DNA from: Squalus acanthias
Taxonomy: Eukaryota
Reading direction: 5' to 3'
DNA: 64,000 nucleotides
Assembly (NCBI GenBank): GCA_030390025.1
Contig: JASTWF010000340.1
Span: forward strand, 186,001 to 250,000
Part shown: positions 36,491 to 50,194 of the stretch, piece by piece
Layout of the letters: every line of letters starts with the position of its first letter
Numbering within the stretch: position 1 is the first letter of the stretch
The notes under the pieces: model-generated
Told to the model about the DNA's origin: nothing
What the model saw: the letters and a program-made list of their open reading frames with translations, nothing else
Database searches by the model: none
Translations under genes and position numbers: made by a program

Positions 36491-37539
36491 CTGTGGTAAA
36501 ATAAATAGAAATAACATTTAGAAATGGACCTGCGGATTTTCATGTGCAGTGCAAGTTGGGAACTCAATGCTGATTGTGCTTTGTTAAAGCGCAGTTTCAC
36601 ATCGGATACCGATATTCTACAAAAGGGAAGTTCGTGATTTCATTGAAAAGAAAAAAATAAAGTCTTGGATTTCTATAGTGCCTTTCACTACCACAGAATG
36701 TCCTTAAGCGCTTCACAGCCTATGTCGTACTTTTGAAGTGTAGTCGCTGATGTAATGCAGCAAATCAAATGGCGGAGCCAAAGAAATTTAATCAGCTCGA
36801 GTTCTCTATACAAAGTCCGGTTTTAGGCCGAAGATTTTACTTTGGGATACGAGCGGAACAAGGAAATGATTGCTTTGAAAAGCCCAGTGCTGCTAATTAT
36901 CCCAGGTGAAGATGCAATCAGAAAGGGTGAAAGTCTCCACTGTACCCGCACCGCGACCGGTACCAGCGCAAGTATTAAACCTCTGCCAAAGGAAGGCAGT
37001 TAGAAACCAATCTCAGCGAGGCTGCGACGGTCACACATTTCACATAATCGAGCTGTTTTTGTGGGAGCCCAAATATTGATATCATTACCGTTGTGGTAGT
37101 CGCTGAGATGGCCGGCAACTACTGTCCATCCCTAGTTTCCCATTCAGAAGGTGATCGGTGGCCTTCTAATTGAACCGCAGCGAGTCCGGTGCGATCAAAG
37201 TGCACAACAATGTAGTGAGTTCTATAATTTGGATAAGCGATGAGGAAGGAACAGCGATATAGTTCCAAGTGAGGATGATGTTTGACTTGGATGGTGTTCC
37301 CATGCGCCTGCTGCCCTTTTCCTTCTAGGTGGTAGAGGTCGCGGGTTTGGGTGCTGCTGCCGCAGAAGCCTTGGTGAGTTGCTGCAGTGCCTCTTGTAGA
37401 TGGTACACACTGCAGCTGGTGGAGCGAGTGAATGTTTGAGGTGGTGGATGAGGTGCCAATCAAGCGGGCTGCTTTGTCCTGAATGGTGTCAAGCTTCCTG
37501 AGTTGGAGCTGCTCACATCCAGATGTGTAATTCATCACA

Positions 37540-37930
37540 GACAGGCAGACAGACAGAGGAAGAAAATTACCGTGTTAAAGGGAGCAGCAAAAGACGTCCG
37601 AGAGAGGGTTTGAGAGAAAGACAGATCTCCAGAGAAGAATGAAAAGTAGGTGTGGGAGAGAAAAAGAGAGAGAGAAGGAATGCGAGAGCATCATGGAGAA
37701 ATGGAACGAGGGGGAATCAGTTGAGACCGGATAAGGGAGTTAAAAAGAGAGCGAGGGCGGAAGGGAGTGAAATTGTATTGAGACAGAGGGTTGAAAGTTA
37801 TCGTATGGAAACTAGAGGTAATGGGCAATGAGAGAAAGAGAGAGAGAGACAGTGCAGATAAATGGGACAGGAGACTGGAATTAAAAATAAATGTAAAGGG
37901 GGACTGAGAGAGAGAGAGAAAGAGACAGAA
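37540..37930. repeat. GA-rich low-complexity tract
   Basis: (GA)n and purine-rich runs. Confidence 0.6.
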
Positions 37931-40900
37931 GATGGACCTTTGAACCCCGTCACTCAGCTCTCTGTGATGATGATTGGCTCTCTGAGCTACCAATCTACCT
38001 AGCACGAGAAACATCACCCATGTAGGTTCGGGAGCTGCTGCAAGCAGGTTGTCGGTTTAGCTGAAATTTGCGAGGAATTTCTTCACACAGGGATTGCTGA
38101 GAATGTGGAACTCGCTGCCCCGTGTAGTGATTGAAGCAGGTGACATAGTTGCCTCTAAGCCGAGGCTAAATGTATACACGAGGGAGCAAATAATTGAGGC
38201 GCATCGGGGCAGGGCGGTAGGAGGGAAGTACAATGTGTAGCATGAACACCGGTGTGGACCAGCAGAGCCAAATTGTCACTTTCTTTGTAATAAATTCAAT
38301 GCAATTCTATATAATTAGCACCCCTCTGAGCGTTTCAAAATAAAACCATTGAAACATTAAAGCTGTGAATATCTGTTCATAGAATCATAGAGATCAGAAG
38401 GAAGCCATTCGACCAAGCTTGCCCGTGCCGGCTCTTTGAAATAGCCGTCATATCAATCCCTCTAACCGCTGGTAGTACACCATAAATCTGCAAATCTTCC
38501 GCCTTCAAGTATTTATTCAAATTACTTATGAAATTTACTATTGAATCTGCTTTCACCACCCTTTCAGCAAGTGCAGTCCACAACATAGCAACTCACTAAT
38601 AATCATTGTCTGCTGAAAGTGTTGTGCGAACTCGTATTGTCTGAAAGTAATGTGCTCTGTGAGAATACACTTTTCTGAGATGACTGGTACTCCAGCTAAT
38701 TTTCCCTGAGCAACATTCCAGACAGCGTCTGCTTGTCTGGGATTTAAATATTTCTGAACTAAATCTAAGGAATGGGTATTATAATATTATCTTTGATTTA
38801 CTGTGAAGAAGCAGACCGGTCGATGCAATGATTTCATTTCCGAACTAATTATTTCACGATTCGTTATCACTTCACTTTGTCGAGGGAATGCGATTCGCAC
38901 CGCAATACAAAATTGCAATGATGAAAGGATATATTTCAAACTGGAGAGAAGTATGCAGTAGACACCGCCAGCGGAGTGTATTCGGACCATTGCTTATTTG
39001 TTTACAAATACACCAGATGGATTTTGGTACACGGAGTACAATTGCGAATTTTATGGATGATACAAAACTTGTTAATGCCGTAAATACTGAGCAGGATAAT
39101 AGCAGTAATCAGGAGACGTAAACAGACTGGTGAAATGTGCAGACACAAGGCAGATGCAATTTTTGGCGGATAAATGTGAAGTAATGCAATTTGTGTGGAA
39201 TGGCATTGAGAGACAGTATAATCTAACTGGTAATATTTTGAGAGGGGTTTACCAGCAGAGGAATCTTTCTCGTCATAGCAACTCACTTTCGCGGGCTTTT
39301 TTGCAGAGATCAGTGTCGGGAGCGGAGAGAGCAGCAGCACAGTGAGTCGTTAAACTCACTTTCGCGGGCCTTTTTTCAGAGGCTAACCAATCGCACAGAC
39401 CGCCGGCGGCGTTCCAGAGCCGCGTCACAATTCAAAAAGTGACGCGGACCTGAGGAAGCAGCTGATTGGGTGAGTACAGCCAGGTGAGTATTTATACTAC
39501 TCCGCAGTTTGACAGTTAAGGTTAATAGTTTATAAAGTTTAGTAGGTCCTAATGTGTGTGGTTATAATTTCTAAGGTCTCTGTTGTGTAGCAGGGAGTGC
39601 TAGTATACAAGGGCTCTTGGGTATATCATTTAATTGCAATGTAATTTGTGGTATTGATTTGAGTTAATTTAAATTAATTAAAAGAAAAGTCATGGCAGCA
39701 CAGCTCAGCCCCGTGGCATGCTCCTCCTGCGCTATGTTGGAAATAGGGACACTTTCTGTGTCCCTGTTGACCATGTGTGCGAGAAATGTATCCAGCTGCA
39801 GTTCCTGGCAGACCGCATTGCGGTGCTAGAGCTGCGAATGGATGCATACTGGAGCATTCGCGATGCTGAGGACATCGTGGATAGCACGTTTAGGGAGTTG
39901 GTCACCACGCAGGTAAAGGCTGCACAGGCAAGAAAGGAATGGGGGACCACCAGGCAGAGTAGTAGGCGCAGGCAGGTAGTGCAGCGGTCCCCTGTGGACA
40001 TCCCACTCTCAAACAGATATACCACTTTGGATATTGTTGTGGGAGATGGCTTATCGGGGGAAGGCAGCAGCAACCAACTTGTTGGCACCATGTTTGGTTC
40101 TGCTGCACAAGAGGGAGGAAAGCGTGCGGGAGAGCTATAGTGATAGGGGATTCTATTGTAAGGGAATAGATAGGCGTTTCTGCAGCCGAAAACGAGACTC
40201 CAGGATGGTATGTTGCCTCCCTGGTGCAAGGGTCAAAGATGTCTCGGAGCGGCAGCAGGGCATTCTGGAGGGGGAGGGTGAACAGCCAGTTGTCGTGGTG
40301 CATATAGGTACCAACGATATAGGTAAAACACGGGATGAGGTACTAAAAGCTGAATATAGGGAGCTTGGAGGTAAATTAAAAAATAGGACCTCAAAGGTAG
40401 TAATCTCAGGATTGCTACCGGTGCCACGTGCTAGTCAGAGTAGAAATAGAATGATATTTCAGCTGAATACGTGGCTGGAGGAATGGTGCAAGGGGGAGGC
40501 ATACAAATTCCTGGGACATTGGAACCGGTTCTGGGGGAGGTGGGACCAGTACAAATTGGACGGTTTGCACCAGAGCAGGACCGGGACCGATCTCCCAGGG
40601 GGAGTGTTTGCTAGGGCTGTTGGTGAGGATTTAAACAAAAAAGGCAGGGGTTGGGAACCTGTGTCGTGAAACAGAGGAAAGGGAAGCAAGGATAAGGCAA
40701 AAGACAGGAAGGAGGAAACCAAAAGTGGAAGGCAGAGAAATCAAGCGTGTAAATCACACAGGGCTACAGTAAATAATAATTCTAAAAGGACTAAGAGTGG
40801 TAAAAAAACAAGCTTGAAGGCTTTGTGTCTTAATGCGAGGAGCATTCGTAATAAGGTGGATGAATTAAATAGAAACAAAGAAGATAGGAGCAGGAGTAGG

Positions 40901-42499
40901 CCATTCGGCCACTCGAGCCTGCTCCACCATTTAATGTGATCATGGCTGATCATCCAAATTCACTACCATGTCCCTGATTTCTCCCCATACCCCTTGCACA
41001 AATAGATGTAAACGGATATTATATAATTGGGAGTACGGAGACATGGCTCCAGGGTGACCAAGGATGGGAATTCAACATCCAGGGGTATTCAATATTCAGG
41101 AAGGACAGAAAAAAAGGAAAAGGAGGTGGGGTAGCATTGCTGGTTAAAGAGGAGATCAGCACAATAGTAAGAAGGATATTAGCTCTGATGATGTGGAATC
41201 TGTATGGGTAGAGCTGAGAAATAACAAGGGGCAGAAAACGTTAGTGGGAGTTGTATACAGACACCCCAACAGTAATGCTGAGGTTGGGGAAGGCATTAAA
41301 CGGGAAATTAGAGACACGTGCAATAAGGGCACAGCAGTTATCATGGGTGACTTTAATCTACATATAGATTGGGCTAACCAAATTAGTAACAATACTGTGG
41401 AGGAGGTATTTCCTAGAGTGTATACGGGATGGTTTCCTGGAAAAATATGTAGAGGAACCAACCAGAGATCAGGTCATCGTAGACTGGGTATTATGTAATG
41501 AGAAAGGATTAATTAGCAATCTTTTTGTGCGAGGCCCCTTGGGGATTAGCGGTTATAATATGATAGAATTCTTCATTAAGATGGAGAGTGAAGTAGTTGA
41601 CTCAGAGACTAGGGTCCTGAATTTAGATAATGGAAACTACGATGGTATGAGGCGCGAGTTGGCTAGGGTGGATTGGGGAGCGTTACTTAAAGGGTTGACG
41701 GTGGATAGGCAATGGCAAACATTTAAAAATCGCATGGATGAACTACAGAATTTGTTCATCCCTTTTTGACATAAAAATAAAACAAAAAAGGTGACTCAGA
41801 CGTGGCTAACAAAGGAAATTAGGGATAGCATAAGATCGAACCAGAGGACATAAAAATTGGTCAGAAAAAGCAGCAAACCTGAGGATTGGGATCAGTTTAG
41901 GATTCAGCAAATGAGGACAAAGGGGTTAATTAAGAGGGGGAAAATAGAGTATGAGAGTAAGCTTGCAGGGAACATAAAAACTGAGAGTAAAAGCTTCTTA
42001 GATATGTGAAGAGAACAAGATTGGTGAAGTCAAGTGTAGGTCCCTTGCAGTCAGAATCATGCGAATTTATAATGGGGAACAAAGAAATGGCTGACGAATT
42101 AAATACATACTTTGGTTCTGTCTTCACAAAGGAGGACACAATTAAACTCCCAGATATGTCGGGGAACATAGGGTCTAATGAGAGGGAGGAATTGAATTAA
42201 ATCACTATTTGTAGGGAAATGGTGTACGGGAAATTGATGGGATTGAAGGCCGATAAATTTCCAGGGCCTGATAATCTACATCCAAGGGTACTTAAGGAAG
42301 TGGCCCCCGAAATAGTAGATGCATTGCTGATCATCCTTCAAAATTCTATAGACCCTGGAAAAGTTCCCATGGATTGGTGGGTAGCTAATGTAACTCCACT
42401 ATGTCATAAAGGTGGTAGAGAAAAAACGGGGATATATATATCGGTAAGCCTGACATCGATAGTGGGCAAAATGCTAGAGTCCATTATAAAAGATGTAAT

Positions 42500-43191
42500 G
42501 ATGCGGAGATAACGGTGTTGGACTGTGGTGGACAAAAGTGGGAAGTCGCACAGCACCAGGTTATAGTCCAACAGTTTTATTTGAAATCACAAGCTTTCAG
42601 AACTGCAGCTCCTTCGTCAGGTGAAGGGAATGAATACGAATCGGCAAAGCATATATAGACAGAGAACAATGCCTGTGCAGCGTACAATGTCACACGACTA
42701 CAGTTAATCTTTCTGACTGCCTTTTATCACACCTCGGCAGAGAGACAATCAAGTCAGTTAGGAAGGCATTATATCAAAGACATAGGAGAATACAACTAAG
42801 ACAATGAGGTGGGGTCACAGGGGGTCTAATGTGTCAAATGCTGCAGTCTGTATGGAAAACCATCAACTTTAAACGCTTTACTTTTTTTTACTGGAAATCA
42901 CATCTGCGAACAAGTCTGGATGGCTCTACGTCATGTAGCGTGACATGAACCGAAGATCACGGTTGAGGCCGTCCTCATGGGTGCGGAGCTTGGCTATCAG
43001 TTTCTGCTCGATGATTTTGCGTTGTCGTATGTCTCGAAGGACGCCTTGGAGAACGCTTACCCGCAGATCCGAGGCTGAATGTCCTTGACTGCTGAAGGTA
43101 ACCTCCCAGTCGGGGAACACTTCAGCAGCTCCGAAAGCTTGTGATTTCAAATAAAACTGTTGGACGAGAACCTGGTGTTGTGCGACTTCTC
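42500..43191 (-). mobile_element. Penelope-like element 3' fragment with an inverted partial pLTR
   Basis: Same family as 32930-33559; inverted pLTR piece at ~43125-43191; 12-bp TSD AAAAGATGTAAT/AAAATATGTAAT (42488-42499/43192-43203). Confidence 0.85.
42587..42625 (-). ncRNA. Minimal hammerhead ribozyme motif (second copy)
   Basis: Reverse complement TTCAC-CTGACGA-A-GGAGC(TGCA)GTTCT-GAAA-GCTT-GTGA; helix I TCAC/GTGA is intact and helix II pairs with G.U wobbles. Confidence 0.7.
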
Positions 43192-44914
43192 AAAATATGT
43201 AATAGCAGAGCACTTGGAAAACAGTGACAAAGTCAACATGGATTTACAAAGGGGACATCATGCTTGACTAATCTACTGGATTTTTTTAAGGATGTAACTG
43301 GTAGAATAGATAAGGAAGAAAGAGTGGATGTGGTGTATTTGGACTTTCAGAAGGCTTTCGATAAGGTCCCGCATAAGAGATTAGCGTGCAAAGTTAATGC
43401 ACATGGGATTGGGGGTGAGGTACTGATTTGGATAGAGAACTGGTTGGCAGACAGGAAGCAAAACGTTGGAATAAACGGGTATTTTTCCGAGTGGCAGGTA
43501 GTTATTAGTGGGGTACCACAGGGATCGGTGCTAGGACCTCAGCTATTCACAATATATAGTAATGATCTAGACGAGGGTAATAGATGTTATATCTCTAAGT
43601 TTGCAGACGACACAAAGCTTGGTGGGCGTGTGTGCTGTGAGGATGATGCAGAGAAACTCCAGTATGATTTGGACAGGTTAGGTGATTGGGCAGATGCATG
43701 GCAGATGCAGTATAATGTGGATAAATGCGAGGTTATCCACTTAGGTGGCAATAACAGGAAGGCAGATTATTATCTGAACGGGAATAGATTGGAAAAAGGG
43801 GAAGTGCAACGAGACCTGGGAGTCCTTGTACACCAGTCGCTGAAGGTAAGCATGCATGTGCAGCAGCCGGTTAAGAAGTCAAATGATATGTTGGTCTTCA
43901 TAGCGAGAGGGTACGAGTAAAGGAGCAAGGATGTCTTGCTGCAGTTGTATAAGGCCTTGGTGAGACCACACCTTGAGTATTGTGTGCAGTTTTGTTCGCC
44001 TTATCTGAGGAAGGAGGTTATTGCCATGGAGGGAGTGCAGCGAACATTTACCAGACTGATACCTGGGATGGCAGGAATCACGTATGAAGAGAGATTGGGT
44101 CGATTGGGCTTATATTCGCTGGACTTTAGAAGAATGAGAGGGTATCTCATTGAAACTTATAAAATTCTAACAGGACTAGAAAGTCTAGATGAAGGAAGGA
44201 TGTTCCCGATGGCGGGGGAGTCCAGAACAAGGGGTCACAATCTACGGATAATGGGTAAGCCATTTAGGACTGAGATGAGGATGCATTTCTTCACCCAGAG
44301 AGTGGTGAACCAGTGGAATTCACTACCACAGAAGGCAGTTGAGGCCAATTCATTAAATATATTCAAGAAGGAGATAGATACATTTCTTAAGGCTAAAGAG
44401 ACCGAGGGATATGGGGAGAAAGCAGGGACAGGGTACTGAATTTGGATGAACAGCCATGATCTCATTAAATGGCGGAACAGGCTCGAGGTGCCTTAACCAG
44501 AGGTCAGTGATTTAAAATAATTGGGACAAGAAGTAAAAGGGACCGGGACCGGAGTAGAATTTTTTTCACACAGATGATTTTTAGAATTGGAAAAGCACTA
44601 TCTGAACAGATAGTGAAAAAATATTCAATAAGAACAAACAATTGGGCATGTACTTGAAGGATGCTAATTTTCAGCTTTACAGTAAAAGCTGGGCTGTGGG
44701 ATTCAATTGTACAACACTTTCAAAGAGCCTTCACAGTCAGGACGGGTGGAATGGCCTATTACAGTTTTGCGAGATTGTATCAGGCTATGAATTTATGCTC
44801 TACCAAAATAGAAAAGGAATTAATGTTAGTCATCTGCTTTAGAGAGGCCATTGCTCACCGAAAGATGGCGCAAATGCACCTTTTGGACATCTAAGGAACG
44901 TCTAAGATTAAGGA

Positions 44915-45415
44915 TACAGGAACATAGGAACAGAACTCAGCCATTCAGCTCCTCGAGCCTGTTTCGCCATTCAATTCGATCATTGCTGATCGATATCCGA
45001 ACTCCATCTATATGCCTTGATTTTGTAACTCTTAATACCCTTGCTTAATAAAAATCTATCAATCTCTGTTTGGAAATACTCAATTGACCTATTCCCAACC
45101 GACTGTTGGGTGACGTTCGAGGTTTTCACTACTCTTTGTGTACAGTAGAGTTTCCTGACATCACCCTTAAAGGGCCTAGCACTAATTTTAATGTTATGGG
45201 CCCTTGTTCTGTACTCTACCACCAGACGGAATAGTTTCTCTCTTTCTAGCAGATTAAATGCTGTAATCATCTTAAACACCTGAATTAGATCACCCCTTAA
45301 CCTTCTGTACTCGAGGAAATGCAAGCCAGGAGTATAGAACCTCTCAACATAGTTTAACCCTTGTATCCTCGGTATCATTATGGTGAATCTGCGCTGCACA
45401 CCCTCTAAAGCTAAT
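44915..45415 (-). mobile_element. CR1 LINE 3' fragment
   Basis: LEGVQRRFT...LEYRRLRGDLIQVFK. Confidence 0.8.
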
Positions 45416-45669
45416 AGGGCAGATTTTGCAGTGGGCATGACGACCTACTCAGAGAGCATCCGTCATACCACCTTTGAAATTTACCGCAAGTTCGTGATTT
45501 TCGCATGTGCTTGTGTATGCGCTAAATCCCGAACCTGCGATCTGTCAAGGTTCGCCTTGACAGATGATCCGCACCGACGGCGAAATACTAAATATTTTAT
45601 AGATTTGGGCTAATTGCCCACCAACTGCCCAGCAATTATGTCCGAAAATGTTACGGTTACTGAAAGCAG

Positions 45670-48600
45670 GCGCAGGAGCCTGTGTCACACCGCAGGTAAA
45701 GACTAGGTCAGAGAGTAAATGGGTGACCAAGAGGCAGGGCAATATCAGGAAAGTAGTGCAAGAGTCCCCTGCGGTCGTCTCCCTCCAAAACAGATATACC
45801 GTTTTGGATACTGTTGTGGGAAATGACCTACCAGGGGAAGGCACCAGCAGTCAGGTTCATGGCACCATGGCTGGCTCTGCTGCACAGCAGGGCGGGAAAA
45901 AGAGTGGTAGAGCTATAGTGATAGGGGACTCAATTGTAAGGGGAATAGACAGGAGTTTCTGTGGCCGCAACCGAGATTCCAGGATGGTATGTTGCCTCCC
46001 TGCTGCAAGGGTCAAGGATGTCTCGGAGCGGCTGCAGAACATTCTTGAAAGGGAGGGTGAAGAGCCAGCTGTCGTGGTGCATGTAGGTACCAACGATATA
46101 GGTAAAAAGCGGGAAGAGGTCCTACAAGCAGAATTTAGGGAGCTAGGAGCTAAATTGAAAAGTAGGACCTCAAAGGTAGTAATCTCTGGGTTGCTACCAG
46201 TGCCACATGCTAATCAGAGTAGCATGAACAGGATAGCGAGATTAAATACGTGGCTTGAGCAGTGGCGCAGGAGGGAGGGATTCAAATACCTGAGGCATTC
46301 GAACCAGTTCTGGGGGAAGTGGGACCTGTACAAAAGGGACGGTCTGCACTTGGGCAGGACTGGAACCGATGTCCTCGGGGTAATATTTGCTAAGGCAGTT
46401 CGGGAGGATTTAGACTAATATGGCAGGGGAATGGGAACCTATGTAGCGAAACAGGGGGAAGTAATATGCAGTCAGAAACAAATGTGAGAAGGGTGAGAAA
46501 CAATAAGGGAAATCCGAGTAAATAAAGGCAAGAAACACAAACGGCCATATTAAATCATAAGTTTAAAAGGACAAAGTGTGTTAATAAAACAAGCCTAAAG
46601 GCTCTGTGTCTTAATGCAAGGATTATCCGTAATAAGGTGGATGAATTGACTGTGCAAATTGATGTTAACGGATATTATGTGATTGGGATTACAGAGACGT
46701 GGCTCCAGCACAATCAAGGATGGGAACTGAATATCCAGGGATATTCAACATTCAGGAAGGATAAAATAAAAGGAAAAGGGGGTGGGGTAGCATTGCTTGT
46801 TAAAAAGGAGATTAATGCAATAGCTAGGAAGGACATCAGCTTGGAGGATGTGGAATCAATATGGGTTGATCTGCAGAACACCAAAGGGCAGAAAACGTTA
46901 GTGGGGGTTGTGTACAGACCTCCAAACAGTAGTAGTGGGGTGGGGGAGGATATGAAACAGAAAATCAGAGGTGCATGCAAAAAAGGCGCAGCAGTTATCA
47001 TGGGTGACTTTAATATGCATATAGATTGGGCTACTCAAACTGGAAGCAATACGGTGGAGGAGGATTTCCTAGAGTGTTTAAGGGATGGTTTCCTAAACCA
47101 ATATGTTGAGGAACCAACTAGAGGGGAGGCCATCCTGGACTGGGTGTTGTGTAATGAGGAAGGACTAATCAGCAATCTTGTGGTGCGAGGCCCCTTGGGG
47201 AAGAGTGACCATAGTATGGTGGAGTTCTACATTAGGATGGAGAAGGAAACAGTTAATTCAGAGACCATGGTCCAGAACTTAAATAAGGGCAACTTTGAGG
47301 GTATGAGGCGTGAATTGGCGGGGTTAGATTGGCAAGCGATATTTAAGGGGTTATCAGTGGAAGGACAATGGCAGACATTTAGAGATCGCATGGATGAACT
47401 ACAGCAATTGTACATCCCTGTCTGGCGTAAAAATAAAAAAGGGAAGATGGCTCAACCATGGCTAACAAGGGAAATCAGGGATAGTATTAAAAGCAAGGAA
47501 GTGGCATACAAATTGTCCAGAAGTAGCAGCAAACCCAGGGACTGGGAAAACTTTAAAACTCAGCAGAGGAGGACGAAGGGTTTGATTAGGGCAGGGAAAA
47601 TAAAATATGAAAGGAAGCTTGCGGAGAACATTAAAACGGACTGCAAAAGCTTCTGTAAATATGTAAAAAGAAAGAGGTTAGTAAAAACAAATGTAGGTCC
47701 CCTGCAGTCAGAAACAGGGGAAGTCATAATGGGGAACAAAGAAATGGCAGATCAATTGAACAAGTACTTTGGTTCGGTGTTTACTGTGGAGGACACAAAC
47801 AACCTTCCGGAAATAAAAGAGATCAAAGGATCTGGTAAGAGGGAGGAGCTGAGGGAAATGCTTATCAGTCGGGAAAAGGTGTTGGGGAAATTGTTGGGAC
47901 TGAAGGCTGATAAATCCCCAGTGCCTGATGGTCTGCATCCCAGAATACTTAAGGAGGTGGCCTTGGAAATAGTGGATGCATTGACGATCATTTTCCAACA
48001 TTCCTTAGACTCTGGATCAGTTCCGCAGGAGTGGAGGGTGGCTAATGTAACCCCTCTTTTTAAAAAAGGAGAGAGGGAGAAAGCAGGGAATTATAGACCT
48101 GTCAGCCTGACATTTGGTGGTGGGTAAAATGATGGAATCAATTATTAAAGATCTCATAACAGACCATTTGGAAAGTGGCGACATGATAGGTCCAAGTCAG
48201 CATGGATTTGTGAAAGGGAAATCATGCTTGACAAATCTTCTGGAATTTTTTGAGGATATTTCCAATAGGGTGGACGGGGGGGAACAAGTAGATGTGGTGT
48301 ATTTGGACTTTCAGAAGGCCTTCGACAAGGTCCAACAAAAGAGATTGGTGTGCAAAGTTAAAGCAAATGAGATTGGGGGAATGTGTTGACGTGGATTGAG
48401 AAATTGTTGGCACACAGGAAACAAAGAGTAGGAGTAAATGGGTACTTTTCAGAATGGCAGGCAGTGACCAGCGGGGTACCGCAGGTTTCGGTGCTGGGGC
48501 CCCAGCTGTTTACATTATATATTATGATTTGGACGAAGGGATTAATTGTAATATCTCCAAATTTGCGGATGACACTAAATTGGGAGGCAGTGTGAACAAT

Positions 48601-49502
48601 GAGAAGGATGCTAGGAGGCTACAGAGTGACTTGGACCGGTTGGGTGAATGGGCAAATGTATGGCAGATGAAGTGCAATGTGGATAAATGTGATGTTATCC
48701 ACTTTGGTGGTAAAAATAGGGAGGCAGACTATTACCTGAATGGTGGCAGATTAGGGAAAGGGGAGGTGCAACGAGACCTGGGCGTCATGGTACATCAGTC
48801 AGTGAAGGTGGGAAGGCAAGTGCAGCAGGCAGTCAAGAAAGCAAATGGCATGATGGCCTTCATAGCAAGGGGATTTGAGTACAGGAGTAGGGAGGTGATG
48901 CTACAGTTGTACAGGGCCTTGGTGAGGCCACACCTGGAGTATTGTGTGCAGTTTTGGTCTCCTAACTTGAGGAAGGACATTCTTGCTATTGAGGGAGTGC
49001 AACGAAGGTTCACTAGATTGATTCATGGGATGGCCAGACTGACATATCAAGAAAGACTGGAGCAACTGAACTTCTATCCTCTGGAGTTCAGAAGAATGAG
49101 GGGGGATCTTATAGAGACGTTTAAAATCCTGACTGGTTTAGACTAATTAGATGCGGGCAGAATGTTTCCAATGTTAGGGAAAACTATAACCAGGGGTCAC
49201 AGTCTGAGGATAAAGGGGAAGCCATTTAAGACTGAGATGAGGAGGAACCTCTTCACCCAGAGAGTGGTGAATCTATGGAATTCTCTACCACACAAGGTTG
49301 TTGAGCCCAGTTCGCTAAATATATTCAAAAGGGAGTTAGATATAATACTCACAACTCGGGGGATCAAGGGGTATGGCGAGAAAGCAGGAATGGGGTACTG
49401 AGGTAGCATGTTCAGCCATGAACGCATTGAATGGCGGTGCAGGCTCGAAGGATCGAATGGTCTACTCCTGCACCTATTTTCTATGTTTCTATGTTTCTAT
49501 GT
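45670..49502 (+). mobile_element. Relatively young CR1 LINE (ORF1 esterase part plus ORF2)
   Basis: 256-aa ORF with VIGDSIVRG/VHVGTND/DGLH; 496-aa APE ORF; RT split by a few frameshifts; (ttctatgt)n tail. Confidence 0.92.
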
Positions 49503-50194
49503 TAAAAGAAGATCTTTGTGTGTACATTGTGAACGTTTTCATGCAGGATAATATTTTGTTGGTCGAGTTTCATTTTAATTATTTGGGAAGTTGAAAAATA
49601 AAGTTAAATAAAATGAAATACTATCAGATTTCAGTGAAAAAATCATTTAAAATCAAAAATGAAAAAGATAATAAACAATATAACGCCTCCATAACATGGA
49701 GACTGAATGTCTCTATTACCAGTCTAAATGAGATCTGAATAACATAGTTTAATCCTGAAAATTAACATTGAATATATGGTTTAGAATCGCTTTCTGAAGT
49801 TCAAAAACATTACCTGTAGGAGATCAAAGACAATGTTAGAACTTTACTGAGTATCAAAAAAGGAAGCTGAATGCATAGAGACTAATAGATTGTGGGTTTG
49901 GATCAAAAAATGAAACAAACGGCTGATATATGAAATAAGATCAAGCACCATATTAATTAAAAGTTTTTAGAAGATTTTAGAAGTTTTGAAAAGTTTTTAA
50001 AATATAATTTCAATGGAAGAGACTGAAAGAGGCTTATCTGGGCGTGGCTTAGTTTTTGATAGGTTTTGTGGGCGTGTCTTCCGTTACGCAGAGGCTGTAC
50101 GCTGCGCTGCTGGCTTTAGTGATGTCATACGTGGCACACAACTCTGCAGCGCCGAGGAGTAAATCTCCGCTTCTGTAGCTCCATCGTCTGTAGC

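Larger units (their letters stand above)
39280..44490 (+). mobile_element. Near full-length, degenerate CR1 LINE (ORF1 zinc finger plus SGNH esterase; ORF2 APE plus RT)
   Basis: ORF1 from 39692 (CSSC..CEKC, GDS, VHIGTND, DGLH); ORF2 (LNARSI, GVVYR.P, GDFN, PQGSVLGP, FADD); several stops and frameshifts; internal insertions at ~40870-40995 and 42500-43191. Confidence 0.9.

Noticed and set aside
39481..39593. Intron in the CR1 5' UTR (CAG|GTGAGT ... tgtgtagcag)
   Set aside because: Single copy with no independent support; cannot be distinguished from chance.
45648..46418. Host SGNH/GDSL esterase gene
   Set aside because: It sits directly 5' of an APE-RT ORF2 and recurs at ~40034-40640 and 59089-59736; it is CR1 ORF1.
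49849..49876. Alternative leader exon MHSASFLIL (minus strand, A|GTAAAG)
   Set aside because: It lies downstream of leader exon 2, has a weak donor and is too short to be a signal peptide alone.
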